Source of the DNA: the human T2T-CHM13v2.0 reference genome, Homo sapiens | Assembly (NCBI RefSeq): GCF_009914755.1 | Contig: NC_060942.1 | Direction: 5' to 3' (one strand) | DNA: 64,000 bases | Shown: piece by piece, positions 14,589 through 28,485 of the stretch | Layout: each line of letters opens with the position of its first letter | Numbering within the stretch: position 1 is the stretch's first letter | Notes under the pieces: model-generated | Told to the model about the DNA's origin: nothing | What the model saw: only the letters and a program-made list of their open reading frames with translations | The model's database searches: none | Position numbers and translations under genes: made by a program

Positions 14589-15328
14589 TAAACCTTGAAA
14601 TAATCTCTCTAAGCATATGTCTGGAAGCATTTCCATTTTATTAGAGCAACTGAAGTCCCTAGGATATTTGAAGTGCTTAAACTTTCATCTGTCTTACTGA
14701 TAATATCTTATATGCCGGGCATTTGCATTTTTATGTGTATGTTTTTCTTTTTCTACATGATCAACCTTCATTGTTAAATCTTCTTTCCAGTCACAGGTGA
14801 CTTTCCCGGAATAGCAGATGAAAAGCTAAGAAATATGATTGCATATTCCAACATGATATTTTTGGAAAATATCAGTTTTCTGTATTCAGACATCCTGTTT
14901 CTTAAAGTTTGGTTGAAGAAATTTGTGTACAATAAATAGTTGTCTTTTTGCAAGTATGAAGACCAGGTTGTCGCTTTAGGCAGTAACCAGGAGCTGAATG
15001 GAAGATAATGCTATAAAATGCACCTGAAAAAGAGTTCATAACTATCCCTCCCTCCTTTCATTATATTCATAGCCACAGTGATTAAATGTCTTTGTGTGAT
15101 AGTTAATACGTTAATTTGAAACAAATTTGAAAAAACCCCTGTAAAGTCCACCTTGCTTCTGTCTCAACCACCTATTAAAATAGCCCTGAAGGAGTCTTTT
15201 CTTTTCATAAGTAGTAGAGGATCTCTCCTTTTGGCCTTAACATCCAACCACCAAAAAGCATAGAGGTAAAATGGTAAGTTCATTTATTTTTTATATCATG
15301 AAACAAAAATTGAATCTCTAAATCTTTA

Positions 15329-15914
15329 TGTGACAAGAATAATACAAGGTGGTCGCAGGAGAATAGAAAATTCCAGGCAGCATTTTCACATTACTAGCAA
15401 AAGGAAACTGTTGAAATAGCTGCAGAAGCTGGGACTAATACGATCCTAAAAAACCAGGGTGTGGACCAAGCTGGCTAAGACTAACTGGAACCAACATGGC
15501 CCTGGATTTGACCTTGGTTTCACCTAGGACCTCATTCTATGCTCATTAACATACTCAATCACACACCCACCAGCACCATGACAGTTCCGAGAACACTCAT
15601 ATTTGTTGTAAAAAAAGGGTGGCACCACAGTTCTGAGAAATCAACTTTTTCCAGGACTTTTCATGAATATCCCACCCCTTGGTTAAAGAAACCCATAAAG
15701 ATAGAAACCCCAAACTCCACTGAATGACTGTCTCTTGAGAACTCCATGCTCTTCTTTCTTGGGTGTGTAATTTTCACTTGCAATAAATCTCCATACTTTC
15801 ACATTTTCTGACTCATCCTTGAATTCCTTCTCGTGATGGTGCCAAGGGCCTGGACACTGGCTGGGGCCAAAGTCCCATCAGCATTTGGGGACCTCCCCCA
15901 GCCCACCAGTGTCA
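15329..15914 (+). mobile_element. ERV1-class solo LTR (possibly LTR15-like)
   Basis: TG...CA termini, 4-bp TSD TTTA at 15325-15328 and 15915-15918, AATAAA at about 15782, length 586 bp. Confidence 0.85.
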
Positions 15915-16239
15915 TTTACAGTTGTCTGATTATAATAAATTCAGGAAAAGTTTCTGAGCCTCAGCTTTTGATTTGTAAAATGAGGATATGAAGAGCCACC
16001 ATACCCACTTCAGAAAGTTGTTACATGTTTCAAATAAGATGTTGTAATATAAAATAAAGTTTAACAATAAAAGTGGCTGCTTATGTTCTAGACAAAGAAA
16101 ATTTATACAGGTAATCTGAGAGATCCTTCAAACATGTGAAGAGCATATTGTTATTCCCCATTTTCAGAGGAATAAATTAATAAGAGGCAAGTTACATTTA
16201 ATTGGCTTGCTCAGGGCTCTACAGCTTGTAAATGGCAAA

Positions 16240-17090
16240 TTTCTGCATGGCAAACAACATAAAAATCCAGAAGACTAAAGGCAAATAAAGAAAAAAAATT
16301 GCAACACCTAACAACCTTAGATAAAGTTTGTTATATTTTAAAAACCAGCAAATATATTTTTAAAATCACCTAATGGAAAAATTGGCATAGGATATGAATT
16401 TGCACTTCATGAAAAATAATAACTGCCCAAGTGCTCTTATATGTTAAACCTAACCAATGAAGACATACAAATAATAATAATTATGAAATAGTTTTCATGC
16501 GTGTATGTTTCAAACGGTCAAATATGATTAAAAAAAACCACCGTGTTGTCAGGAGTATATGAAAAAATTCTCAGTCTATTCTTGAAGTGAATATAAATTG
16601 AAGCAAAATTTGGAATGCCTATTACTAATGTATATTAAAATTTACAACCTTTTACTCTCTGACTCAGCAATTCCACTTTTAGAACTTTACCCTGCCAGTA
16701 TTTATACAAACGTATTCTTTCCAACCTTATTTGCAGTAGAAAAAAAAATTAGAAACACTACAAATGACTCCCAGTAGGGAATTGGGTAAGTGAATTATGA
16801 TCTGAGTATATGGTATCATACTCTGCAGTCACTAAAGTAGTAAGATTAAATTATATATGTGATTAAGAGGACAAAGATATATTTTGAAGTGGGTACAAAT
16901 TTTCAAAACAATATGTCTAGCATTTTGTTTTAAGTTGTATACCTCTATACACATCTATTTGACATATATATCAATAATTTCTATAAGAGTTTGACCAACT
17001 TGGTAACAGTGGTCATTTATTTCGAAGTGGAAAAAATATTATAAGACACTTGCTTTACTTTTTTACATCTTCTTAGTGTTTAAATTGTTT
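16240..17090 (+). mobile_element. Ancient L1 (L1ME-type) 3' fragment, flanked on the left by MIR fragments (about 15940-16240)
   Basis: Degenerate L1 3'-end motifs (tgactcagcaattccacttttagaa, aaaaattggcataggatatgaa). MIR core motif attattccccattttcagag nearby. Confidence 0.65.
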
Positions 17091-17302
17091 ACACACCAAG
17101 ACTATTTCCTTCCAGGCTTGTTTTCTTTCCATTATCCCATTTTACCTTTTGAAAGTATTTTGTAAAGCACAAAAAGTGAAATTACTACTATTAGTATTCC
17201 TTCTTGTGTTGGTCTGATGGAGTTTCACCATAGCTAAGTAGATCTCTTTTTATTGGTAGCAGAGTTCAAGTGAATCTCTTCTCATTACCCTTGATTGCCA
17301 TT

Positions 17303-17781
17303 TGTGCCAGTCATTTGCCTGTTGTACTCAGGTCTATTTGCTGGCTTTCCACTCTCTGTTTTTAGTCTCAGAAGTCTGACTCTGCAAACTACAATTCCCA
17401 GGAGCCCCTGGCCATTGGCCTTCAGCTAGAGAGTGGAAGGAGGGAGGAAGAGGAAATTCAGGGCATCTTCCCCCTTCTCTGTGCTTTGAGTGGCATCTTG
17501 GGTGGACTGGAGCTCTTTCCCTCTGGCAGCCTCTCCCTCCATGGTCCAGCTCCCACTCTTCTGCCCCAGCAGCTGTGTTCCAGCAGAGGTTTCGCCTACT
17601 TTCTTTGATCCTCCAGCCTGAGGAGCAGCTTCCCATCCCCACTCACCTTTTTGCTGTCTTGACTTCTCTGTTGATATTTCCAACTCTGTTAATACCATTT
17701 TAACTAGTCCCTTGTATTAAAAAAAGTCTCTCGAACTACATAGCATGGTTTTTGTATTCTGCTGGAATCTTGACTAATACA
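17303..17781 (+). mobile_element. ERVL solo LTR (LTR33-like)
   Basis: tgtgccagtc...ctgactctgcaaactacaattccc...cttgactaataca, with a near-TSD ccatt/caatt. Confidence 0.7.
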
Positions 17782-17901
17782 CAATTTACATTCAATGTAT
17801 TCACCACAAATTTTCCTGCATGATACACTGAATGCATAATAAACATAAGAGGAAAGTGTGTCCTCCTGGAGTTAGAGAGAAGGAAACCAACAATTCGGCT
17901 A

Positions 17902-18241
<340 letters not shown>

Positions 18242-18689
18242 AAAAGAAGAATCCTCACTCTTTCTATGTAGTATTATTTTCCTCAAATCACAGCAAGGAG
18301 ATATTGACTCAGATTAATTAATTGGCTTATACATGGCAGAGCTGGGATTCAGGTTCAGATATTTCTGACTCTGAAGCCCAAGTTATTTCCAAGATGCTAT
18401 AAAGTTGATTTCTGTGTCTTTTCTTTCCCCTTTTTGTGTGCTCTTTTGCTTCACCCCTTCAGGCATCCACCATCCACAGAAAACACTTGTCTGTGGTGTT
18501 ACTCTTCCTTCACACCTTGCTTTCTGCTAATCTGATAAACAAATTTGAGCTGAGCCAGTATGTAATGATATTTGCTGCTCTGCCAGAAGATAAAAAATGG
18601 ATTCACGATTTTAACTCAAGCCTGTAATCATTTCACTAAAACATATATTCATGCATTCCACTTTTCTTTCCCGAAAATGTGCTGGTTGC

Positions 18690-19750
18690 TAGATACACAG
18701 CACTGAACTAGAGAGATTGCAGCCTGGTAGGGAAGAGAGTCATCAAACAACTTTATTGAGTTCTGTGTAGGGGAAATGCTCAGTGGAAGCCCATGAGAGG
18801 AAATTGTCCTAGAGAGTCCAGAAATACTTTCCTAAGGAAATGAAATTTGTTTTGACCATAAAGGAGGCATTAGATAAGTAAAGGCTGAGTAAGTGGGAGA
18901 AGGATAAAAATTATATGACAGCATATAAGTAGGTCCTAGTGCAAGAAAAAGAATGACCCATCAGAGAAAAATTTTTAAGGCCAATAATTCTGGAGTGTAG
19001 AGAGAAGAGTTGGACAAGGCAGGAGAATGGGGAGGCAGCCTGATCACGGAGAACCCCAGGAGACATATTAAGGATTATAAATGTGGGTTTTTTTTTCCAT
19101 TCTAAGAGCAATGGGAAACCATCAAAAGGTATTTAGCAAGGAAGAGACATTAAAACATCTTGCTTTCTAAAATGAATACTCTGGCTACAATCTGAATAAT
19201 AAACTAGAAGAAGGTGATAATGGGTGCAGGTAAACCATTTAGGAGGTTTTTTGAGTACTCTTAGAGATGATGGTAGTGGGCATTATGGGATGTTGGAGGG
19301 AGATGGAGAGAAGAGGTGGATTTGGGAGATACTAGGAAGTGGAACGAATAGGATTTGGGGAGTTGAGAATAGAAGGAATCTAGAATAATTCCTAGTCTGG
19401 GATTGTGTGCTAAAATAGGGAAAAGTGGAGGAACAGGCTTAGCACAGGAGAAGTCATGAGTTCAGTTGTTTGGGACATGTTGAGTTTTTGGGGTCTTTGA
19501 GCAATCTAAGTGGGCATGCTGAGTTGGCATATATATATATATACACACACACACGTGCACACACACAAACCCTTTTCAAGCACAGATGAGAGATCAGGAC
19601 TGGATATGGAATCTTGACGTTGTTGAGCTTTGGGTGACAATTCAAGCCCAGAGAAGTGGATATGATCGTTTAAAGGAGAGAGTCAAGAAGAGGACCTAGG
19701 AGTGAACTCTGAAGAACAAGAAAATTTGTGATCTCAAGGAGGAGAGACAC
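18690..19750. mobile_element. L2 LINE fragments, with a (TA)(CA) microsatellite at about 19530-19567
   Basis: L2 motifs gagcaatgggaaaccatc, gagatggagagaag and gagttcagttgtttgggacatgttgagttt. Confidence 0.7.
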
Positions 19751-20057
19751 CCGTAAATAAGTTCTTCGAGCTTTTTTAGTTTTTTTTAAAGGATGAATGG
19801 AAACTCAAAGATACTGTTCAATTCTAATGTTGGAGAAAACATGTTCAAAAGGAGAGATATTAGACAAGGACCATTTCAAACATTTAGCCTGCCTACAATG
19901 TGCACGTGTGCATCCGCCGCCCACCACCACCAAGCGCACCTTCTGAAAGAGTGAAACAGCCCATTCACAGTGCTGTTTTCCCTTCTAAGTTGTCTCTACC
20001 AATAGTTCTCAGGCCAAAATGGTGTTGCAGAAATGCCTTCACAAAAGACACAGACAT

Positions 20058-20317
<260 letters not shown>

Positions 20318-21186
20318 CTAATCTTCAAGGTTGCTGGTGGTGACCTGGACAGGCTGGCAGTGGTTTTGCCACCTTCAATCTTAACTAAGTCTCCATCTCA
20401 AGATTTTTCTGTAAATGTAGACAATAAACAAATTCTCTGTTCCCTCATCTCTTGCTGTATTGCCTTTTTAAAGCTTGCCAATTATCATTATATTTGCATG
20501 AACTTCAAAAATAGCTATTTCAGCTACTATCCATATAACATTAATTCTTCTAGAATAGGCACTTACAATTCTACTAAAAGACTTGTGTGGGTTTCCACAT
20601 AACTCTCTTTAATTATGTATGTCCCCTACATTTCCAGTTTCTGTTTTTGTTGCCAAGTGAGTATTAGAAAGTTAATTTACCCTATTAACGTTGGCCTATT
20701 TCTTTAGTCTCTATTTAGATTTACAAATTTAAGATATCTGTTTTTCTTTTCTCTCCTTCTATCCCAACTCTTCTGATCTCCCAAGGAAGATAACTTGGTG
20801 AGTGCCTGAGGAGACTAATTTATTTGTTCACTTAATTTTTTAGAAAACGTTAATTACCTGAGGTCTTATTCAAGTAATTTACCTTACTGGAAGACTAAGG
20901 GTACTCATATAACTGGAAGTAACTTAGTACACACTAGAAAATAATTAACAGAGCCTGTGGAAATAATGTAACACACAAATATACAATTAGATGTTGTAGT
21001 AGGAACTAGAGGGCATTTCTCTGGGAAATACATTTAAAACCAAGACTTCATGAGACTAGAGCAGGTGTGTTGTCATAGCTGAGTCCTCACACTGGCAGGC
21101 AGTGGAGTCATGATATGCATAACACTATGCTGATTCTCCAGGCTAGCACCTAGTGAGACAGCTTGGCTTTGCAGCAGCAATATATT

Positions 21187-21236
21187 CACCACCACCACCA
21201 CCACCACCACCACCACCACCACCACCACCACCACTA

Positions 21237-21281
<45 letters not shown>
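21187..21281. repeat. Compound trinucleotide repeat (CAC)~16-TAC-(ATC)~14
   Basis: Read directly from the sequence. It gives rise to the poly-H/I and poly-D/V pseudo-ORFs. Confidence 0.97.
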
Positions 21282-21346
21282 TGCCATTATCATTGATGGA
21301 GGTCATGCTATGAGCAGACCCTGTGCCAATACCTCTAGAAAGATGA

Positions 21347-21846
21347 TTTTTTTTCCAGTCAAGGAAAGGGAAACCTTATTGAATTCCCCGGGCAATGGGG
21401 CTCAGGAAGGAGGCTGCCCTGCGAGGGCAAGAGGAGCCAGTAAAGGGGCTCTTATTTGACCTTCTTGGTGGCTGCAATTCTTGCGACAGTTGACAACACG
21501 GTGCAGCAGGTGGGCATACCACTTATTGTGGATCATCTTGGCATGGTTGTATCCTTGAGCAAGCTGGTAGAGGAAAGATTAGATCATTGTCTAGACCCGC
21601 AGCCACATGCCAAGGGCAGGTGGACACTCTCTGAATGTTGTTGGAGAGAAGGCAGCCATTCTCCTCCTGTCTGCCTGCAAAAACCAGACACTGCTGATCA
21701 GGTGGGATGCCCACCTTGTTTTAGATTTTGGCTCTGACAATCCTGATGGTGCCACTAGGTTCAACTTGGAGGCTGATGGTCTTGCCTGTCAGAATCTTCA
21801 CAAAGATCTGCTGTTTGGCTACTGGTGTAAGAGAAGAAACACAGTG
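21347..21846 (-). pseudogene. Processed pseudogene of UBA52 (ubiquitin-60S ribosomal protein L40 fusion)
   Basis: The minus strand from about 21810 reads [51 protein letters not shown] (ubiquitin: [53 protein letters not shown]). An RPL40-like tail ends aagaaggtcaaaTAA (KKVK*, stop at 21452-21454), followed by a UBA52-like 3'UTR, AATAAG and an A8 remnant. It is intronless, has lost its ATG, has an in-frame stop at 21721-21723, and carries frameshifts. Confidence 0.93.
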
Positions 21847-22377
21847 GAGAGGATGACCTTTTAAAATCCTCACACTATAAATATAGAGGTTGGTGCTATT
21901 GTTATGCCATTTTTTAGAGAAGGAAATCGAAACTCAGAGAGCTTGATCCCATGCTGGAGATGAGACAAAATCTATGGGGCTTGACTCTGAGCCTTAGTTT
22001 TATATTCACAACACTACATCGCCTAGTATTCCCTGTGAGAGGGAAACATTCCTGAGATGAGGGAGGCCTGACACGGGGCCATGGTTTTTTGAGGCTTGGA
22101 TCTGCACTCTGAGCTTAACACTTCAGAATTTCTTGTTAATGAAAAGGATTTGAGGCCCTCACTGCTGGGGGTAGCTGAGCAATATCACTGAAAGTCACGG
22201 CCAAGGGGCAGCAGCAGCAGCGAGCAGAGCAGCCAGGGCAGGAGCAGTTTCAGAGTGCTCTGCCCCCTTCAGCCTGGCACGGGTTAGGTGGGCAGGATGA
22301 AGCTCATTACGCAGAGACTGTGGACTGGTCTGCAGATGAGCGCCCAGTCTTGTCAAGCAGAAAATACTCCCCAGGTT

Positions 22378-22653
22378 GGCCGGGTGCAGTGGCTCATGTC
22401 TACAATCCCAGCACTTTGGGAAGCCGAGGCAGGCGGATCATTTGAGTCCAGGAGTTCAAGACCAACTCAGGCAACATGGTGAAACCTTGTCTCTACTAAA
22501 AATACAAAATTTAGTCAGGAGTGGTGGCATGTGCCTGTAATTCCAGCTGCTTGAGAGGCTGAGGCATAAGAATTGCTTGAAACTGGGAGGCAGAGGTTGC
22601 AGTGAGCAGTGATCGAGAGCAAGACTACGTCTCAAAAAAAAAAAGAAAAGAAA
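22378..22653 (+). mobile_element. Alu (AluS-type) with a ~30-bp deletion in the right arm
   Basis: ggccgggtgcagtggctcatg..., TSD agaaaatactccccaggtt / agaaaatgttccccaggtt. Confidence 0.95.
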
Positions 22654-22688
22654 AGAAAATGTTCCCCAGGTTTCAGCCATCTAAATAA

Positions 22689-22913
22689 TATCTAGATATT
22701 ATTTAATTAGGAGTTGCATGACTTATTACATGTTCCAAACATTCCCATTTGGCCTTCTGATTCTTTATTCATGTGTCCATTCATTCAAAAAATGTGTCTT
22801 CCAAGACTATGCTAGGCGCAAGATACACGCAGAGGTGAATATCAGTGAACAGCCAGGCTGTTCCCTCTGGCAGAATGCCTCCCACTCCTTTCAGCACCCA
22901 CCCCAAATGTCAC
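22689..22913 (-). repeat. Inverted duplicate (copy A) of 26347-26567
   Basis: Reverse complement of 26347-26567 at roughly 90% identity by eye. ORFs 22718(+) and 26482(-) share the peptide MTYYMFQTFPFGLLILYS. Confidence 0.95.
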
Positions 22914-25180
22914 ACTAAATGTCATAAGAGCAAGTGGCACGGGGGACCATTGCTCTCAGAGAAGCAAGACTGGCAGGTACATGGATGCACACATCACAGA
23001 GCACAGGGTGGTTGTATTCCAGAAGCTAACATGTTGAAAGAGAGAGAATGAAGTCAGTGGAGCTGGAGCTGGTAAAATCTGAACCCAACCCATTAGAATT
23101 GGAATTTTCTGGGTATTGATCTAAACCAAGTCCTGATAGTGACTGATGGGAAAGATTCTTTCCCAGGCTTCTGGTGTTTCCTCTAGAAGAAACCAGAAGG
23201 GAGGCAAACTTCTTATTTTCCCTAGGTGGAATTTACTGTCATGCAGCCACTCAGCCTCTTCCCTTCAAAACCCTTTTCTATTAGAGTCTTCCTGGGTTTA
23301 TTCTTCCATCAGTGAATCTAGTGGGCCTCAAGAGAAGGCTAAGGGCATGTACTTTGTGGGAACTCAGAATTGCTTAAAACAGACATCAGAGACTGACCAC
23401 AGGACTAATTTAAACGTTTTCAGTGACCCAGAGGTTTTGAGTGGGATGGCCACATTTATTTTACACTGATAGGAGGGCGTTTTGAGCCCCCCTCTCTGAA
23501 ATTGGTGTCCTAAAGTTAAGGAAACACTTCTAAATTTATTTGTTTTGTATCCTCTGAGATACTGTATGATTTAATTCTCTAAATAGAAAGTGAGCTCTTC
23601 AGCGGTGTCTTTAAATTCCCTTGATCTCTGGTTCTTTTTCTTCTTAAATGTACTATTGATCAATTGATGTACTTGTTCTTTTGTACTCTTTGAGAAGAGT
23701 TATTATGAATCCATTGTTAAATTCCTAAATGGGTTGAATCAATTTTCCAATTGCCTGAGAATAAATATCAAACTCCTGTCTTCCAGGAGCCATAAGCAAA
23801 TAAACCTCTCCCCACTAATGAAATAGAGTCTCTTTTAAGTATTATTGCCAGTAGGAGGGGAAAGTTCTCAGTTATTTGTCAAATCAAATGAAATGTTCTG
23901 ATTATCTCTTTGAACCTACTCAAATACGACTTTCACAGGTGTCTGTTGAATTTCACTGATATAAGTTGTATTTTCTGGGAAACTGAAAAATAATAATACG
24001 CCATGAATACCTCTATTTTTATGTCATTAATTTATTCAATAAATGTTTTGGGAACATCTAGGATGTGCTTAGCCCTGTGGGGAATATAAAGAAGGAAAAC
24101 ATATAGTTCCTCTTTTTAATGTTCTTAAAATCTAGTAGGATAGACTCTGGAAATTATGGAGAAGAGAAGAGTTTGTTAGGTGTCCTGACATTGAAGGATA
24201 ATAGGAAGAAAGAATCAGTTGTGTCAGTGGTAAAACTGTGAGAAACAGAACTGGTTTGGACATGGCACAAGTGGAAGACCCATAAAAGCAGATAGAAAGT
24301 CCAATTCATCAGGTCCAATTTCAGATCTGGTTCAGCTATTAGGCTCAGAAAATCCAATACTGTGGGCAAAACTAATCAGTCAGGTGATTGCAGACTGTAG
24401 GAAATAAAGGCATGGAAAGTGAGATAGGAAACGCAATAGTAGTTACATATCATAGGCAGAAATGTTACAAGGTTCTACATATAATTAAGTAATAATAGTA
24501 GCTAACATCTGTTAAAAGCAATGTGCCAGGTAGTTTCTAATCTTAATCATGACCTTAAACTATTGAAGATATTAGTTACTTTGATCATCCTGGTATCTGT
24601 TTCATGAGTTTGCTATTATTATCCCTATTTTATTAATGAGATGAGATAATTTGTTGGAGGTCACAGACCAAGTAAGTGTCAAAGCTGGGCTATGAGTCCA
24701 GCAGCATAGTTTCAAGAGCTTGTGTTCTCAGTCACTACAAGGTGCTGCCAGGGTACCAAATAAAAGGTGTAGGCAACAGGCAATTACAGGAACACAGCAG
24801 AGAGAGATGGAGAGAACAGTGTTGTCTGGGAGGCACAGCGAAGATGACCTGCAGACTCTTTCATCTCCTTAGAGATATAACAAACATTCTCATAGGTGGA
24901 CAGTAGAGGTTGGTGGAGACCACGAAAACAGAAAAAAGAACATAGAGTCTAGATTGACAAGGACCATATGTTTTTTTACAAGGTATGTTTGGGGCAGAAC
25001 ATTTGAAAACAGAAACTGAGATATGAGGTTGCAGAGATAATTTGGAGTCAAAAGATGCAGGGTCTTGAATGGGGAGGAAGTAAACAAGAAAATAATACTA
25101 TGAAAGTTATTTGTATTAGATAGAAAGGCAGGAGGAGGTCCCTAAGGGAAAGAATGTAATGAGATTAAAACAGAGTACTA

Positions 25181-25491
<311 letters not shown>

Positions 25492-25699
25492 CTAAGAACA
25501 CAGCTTGGGGTGATTCTGACAATTAAAGCCTGAGAGGAAGGAAAAGAAGAGTCTTCCACAAACACAAGCATAGGAAGGTGAGGGCTTGACCAGCGGGGTG
25601 GCACTGTGTATGAAAAGGAATATGCTTGCTGAATAAATGAATGGACATATGGATTCAACAGTCAACAATGTGAGAAAGCCCAGCATGGTTGGTGAGCCC

Positions 25700-25940
25700 A
25701 AGTAGTGTAGTGGTTAAAAGGATCGACTTTGGAATTAGACTGTTGAGATTCAAAACTAGGCTCTACCTTCGATCAGCTCTGTGACCTTGGCCAAGTTCCA
25801 TACCTCTCCTTGCTTGGTCATTAGCTGCATAATGAGGCTGATGAGGGTGATCACTGGGCTGTTGTGAGTCTTAAATGATTTTACCTTTTAAGTGTGTGGG
25901 ACAGTGCATAGCGTGCAGTAAATTTTATATAAATATTGTT
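25700..25940 (+). mobile_element. MIR SINE
   Basis: agtagtgtagtggttaaaagg...gactttggaattagac...ctctgtgaccttggccaagtt. Confidence 0.8.
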
Positions 25941-26346
25941 AAATAATTCAAGAAAAAAACATAAACTCACTGGGAAAATAACTTGTATATTTTTTATTAA
26001 GAAATTAGATAATTGAGAGGCATCATTAAAATATCTGACTGGATACTAACTCCTATTAGAAGCTGGACATTTCACTGAATCAATGCTATGGTATTGAGTA
26101 TGTGCCACATATATTCTTCGGTTTTGAGGTATGGAAGGAGAGAAGTGAGCAATATTGCTGGTTTCAAGGATCTCGTAATATATGGGGATGTAAATAACCA
26201 AAAAAGTCAATGACACACCTTATTAAGTTAGGTAACGTAAAGTGTTATAATAAAGGTACAAAGATACAAAGTTACTACTTCTTTATGAGTAGTAGAGAGA
26301 TTCACTAACACTTCTTGTGTTGACCAAGAAATGCTTCACAGAAGAG

Positions 26347-26567
26347 GTGACATTTGGGGTGGGCACTAAAAGGAGTGGGAGGCATTCTGCCAGAGGCAAC
26401 AGCCTGGCTGTTAGCAATCCACCACACGTGTATCTTGCGCCTAGCACAGTGTTGGAAGAAACATTTTTTGAATGAATGGACTCATGAATAAAGAATCAGA
26501 AGGCCAAATGGGAATGTTTGGAACATGTAATAAGTCATGCAACTCTTAATTAAATAATATCTAGATA
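26347..26567 (+). repeat. Inverted duplicate (copy B, likely the donor; its left part is L2-derived)
   Basis: Matches the reverse complement of 22689-22913 and is continuous on its left with an L2-like motif (gcttcacagaagaggtgacattt). Confidence 0.92.
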
Positions 26568-26919
26568 CTTCGACCACCACTACAATACCCTCACTCATCT
26601 TTTTTATGTAGATAATGGAGTAGCTGAGCTTTGTCCTAGTAAGCTTCTCCATGAGGCTGTGTATCCTTGAGGACAGGGGCCATGTCATATCAGCTGTTGT
26701 CATCCAAAAAGTAACATATATGTCAGACGTTGAGTAATCAATGATGAGTAAACAAAAGGGATCTAGAAAGAAAGAGGTCCTGCCATCTAGAATTCCAAAT
26801 TGTTTATAATACAACATTGATACTTCAGTGGGTTCACATTTAACTAGAGAGTAGAATAAGAAAAATAAGCCAATAAATGACAGGATTGTTGGTGTCACTG
26901 AAACTTGTGTAACTGTAAT

Positions 26920-26942
26920 TGTGTGTGTGTGTGTGTGTGTGT
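26920..26942. repeat. (TG)n microsatellite
   Basis: Read directly from the sequence. Confidence 0.9.
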
Positions 26943-27929
26943 TTAGAAAACAGCAAAAATTATTAACATGCTAAATTTAAACTGAACAATGAGTGGAAGT
27001 TATGGTGGTATTCCTAAACATTACAAAATGATACATAAAAACAAAAGCAAGAATAAAACCAAAACTATACTTTGTGTCCTTAAGTTCAACTTAAGGCATA
27101 TAAGAAAAACAGGAAAATTAAAAAAAAAAAACAGTTTTGATGTTGCATGGAAGTTTTTGTTAGTCCTTCCACAAAGTTGCTAGAGGTATTTCTTGTTACG
27201 TCTCCAGGCATGGAGGTTTTCAGGGAAATAAATAATCATTGGCCTGCCCTTCAAACACTCAATATGTGGTGCCCAGAGATGGAGTGGGTTTATCTTTTGC
27301 AGCCTTAAATTATGTAAGGTGACACCTCAAGTGACTTGATATATGAGACCAGAAGGAGGGTAATAGCATAAATTCCCCAAAGACAGTAGAATTGCAAGAT
27401 ACAGCTTTTCCAAGTCCACTGACTTATCCTGGCTCCCTCCTTAAAGGCATTCTAAACATGCAATACACGTACTTACTGGAAAATCTTTATTAGTATCAAG
27501 GCTGCCTAGCAGCCTATGTAGGCTATACTCTCTGCGCCTTTTAGCTTTTGTTATTTATTTGTCCTTTCTTCTAAAATAGATGTTAAATGACATGTCATCT
27601 TGCTTCCAATCTTTACTCCCGTTATGTATTATCTGCATGATAGCCATAGTGCTCTCAAATAAAATGATAACATGTATATATCTATACATAACCATGTAGT
27701 TACTTTCACTCTTAGAATTGTCACCATCAGCAAATCTTATTAAACACCAAGGATGTTCAGGGTACTGTGCTGGGTATCAAAACATTTTATATTCATATCC
27801 ATGTAATGCTACATTTTCTGTTCATATCCATATCCATATAATACTACTATATATGTTTTACTTAGGTATGTGTATATAGATACACACACATTCTATATAC
27901 ATATGATAGGTAATATATAAACATATATG

Positions 27930-27933
<4 letters not shown>

Positions 27934-27979
<46 letters not shown>
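27934..27979. repeat. (TA)~23 microsatellite
   Basis: Uninterrupted tatata run. Confidence 0.95.
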
Positions 27980-27982
<3 letters not shown>

Positions 27983-28102
27983 TTTAGCCAGAAAAATATA
28001 TATTTTAGACATAGATATTTCTCTGGCTAAAAACCTTCCCAGTGGCTTGCTGCTTTCCTTAGATTTCATATCCTTTGACTTCAAATTTCAGGCCATTACC
28101 TG

Positions 28103-28485
28103 TGTCTCAATCTGCTTGGGTCACTGTAACTAAATACCAGGTTTTGGGTCATATGCTGGGAGAAGTAAACAATAGACCTTTATTTCTCACAGTTCTGCAG
28201 GCTGAGAAGTCCAAGATCAAAGATTTGGTGTATGGCGAGAGCAGTTTCAGTGCATGGTGAGCGCCTGCTTCTCTGGCTTGTAGATGTCCGCCCTCTGTCT
28301 GTGTGCTCACATGGCCTCTCTCTCTTGTTCTTATAAGGCCACTAATCCCCTTGCTGAGGGTCCCACCTTCATGAGCTCATCTAAACCTCATCACCTTCAA
28401 AAGGCCCTACCTCCAAATACCATCACACTAGGGGCTAGGGCTTCAATACATGAATTTTCAAAGGCACAAAACTGCAGCCTGTAAT
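28103..28485 (-). mobile_element. MaLR LTR (MLT1A-like) inserted in an L2 fragment (about 28030-28940)
   Basis: tttatttctcacagttctgcaggctgagaagtccaagatcaa and cttataaggccactaatccc. L2 motifs lie on both sides. Confidence 0.85.

Noticed and set aside
21073-21459. Poly-His/Ile and poly-Asp/Val ORFs
   Set aside because: They are translations of the (CAC)(ATC) microsatellite, with non-ATG starts and no gene context.
21523-21714. Ubiquitin-like ORF as a functional CDS
   Set aside because: It is a fragment of the pseudogene downstream of an in-frame stop, with a GTG start and a frameshift before the LRGG motif.
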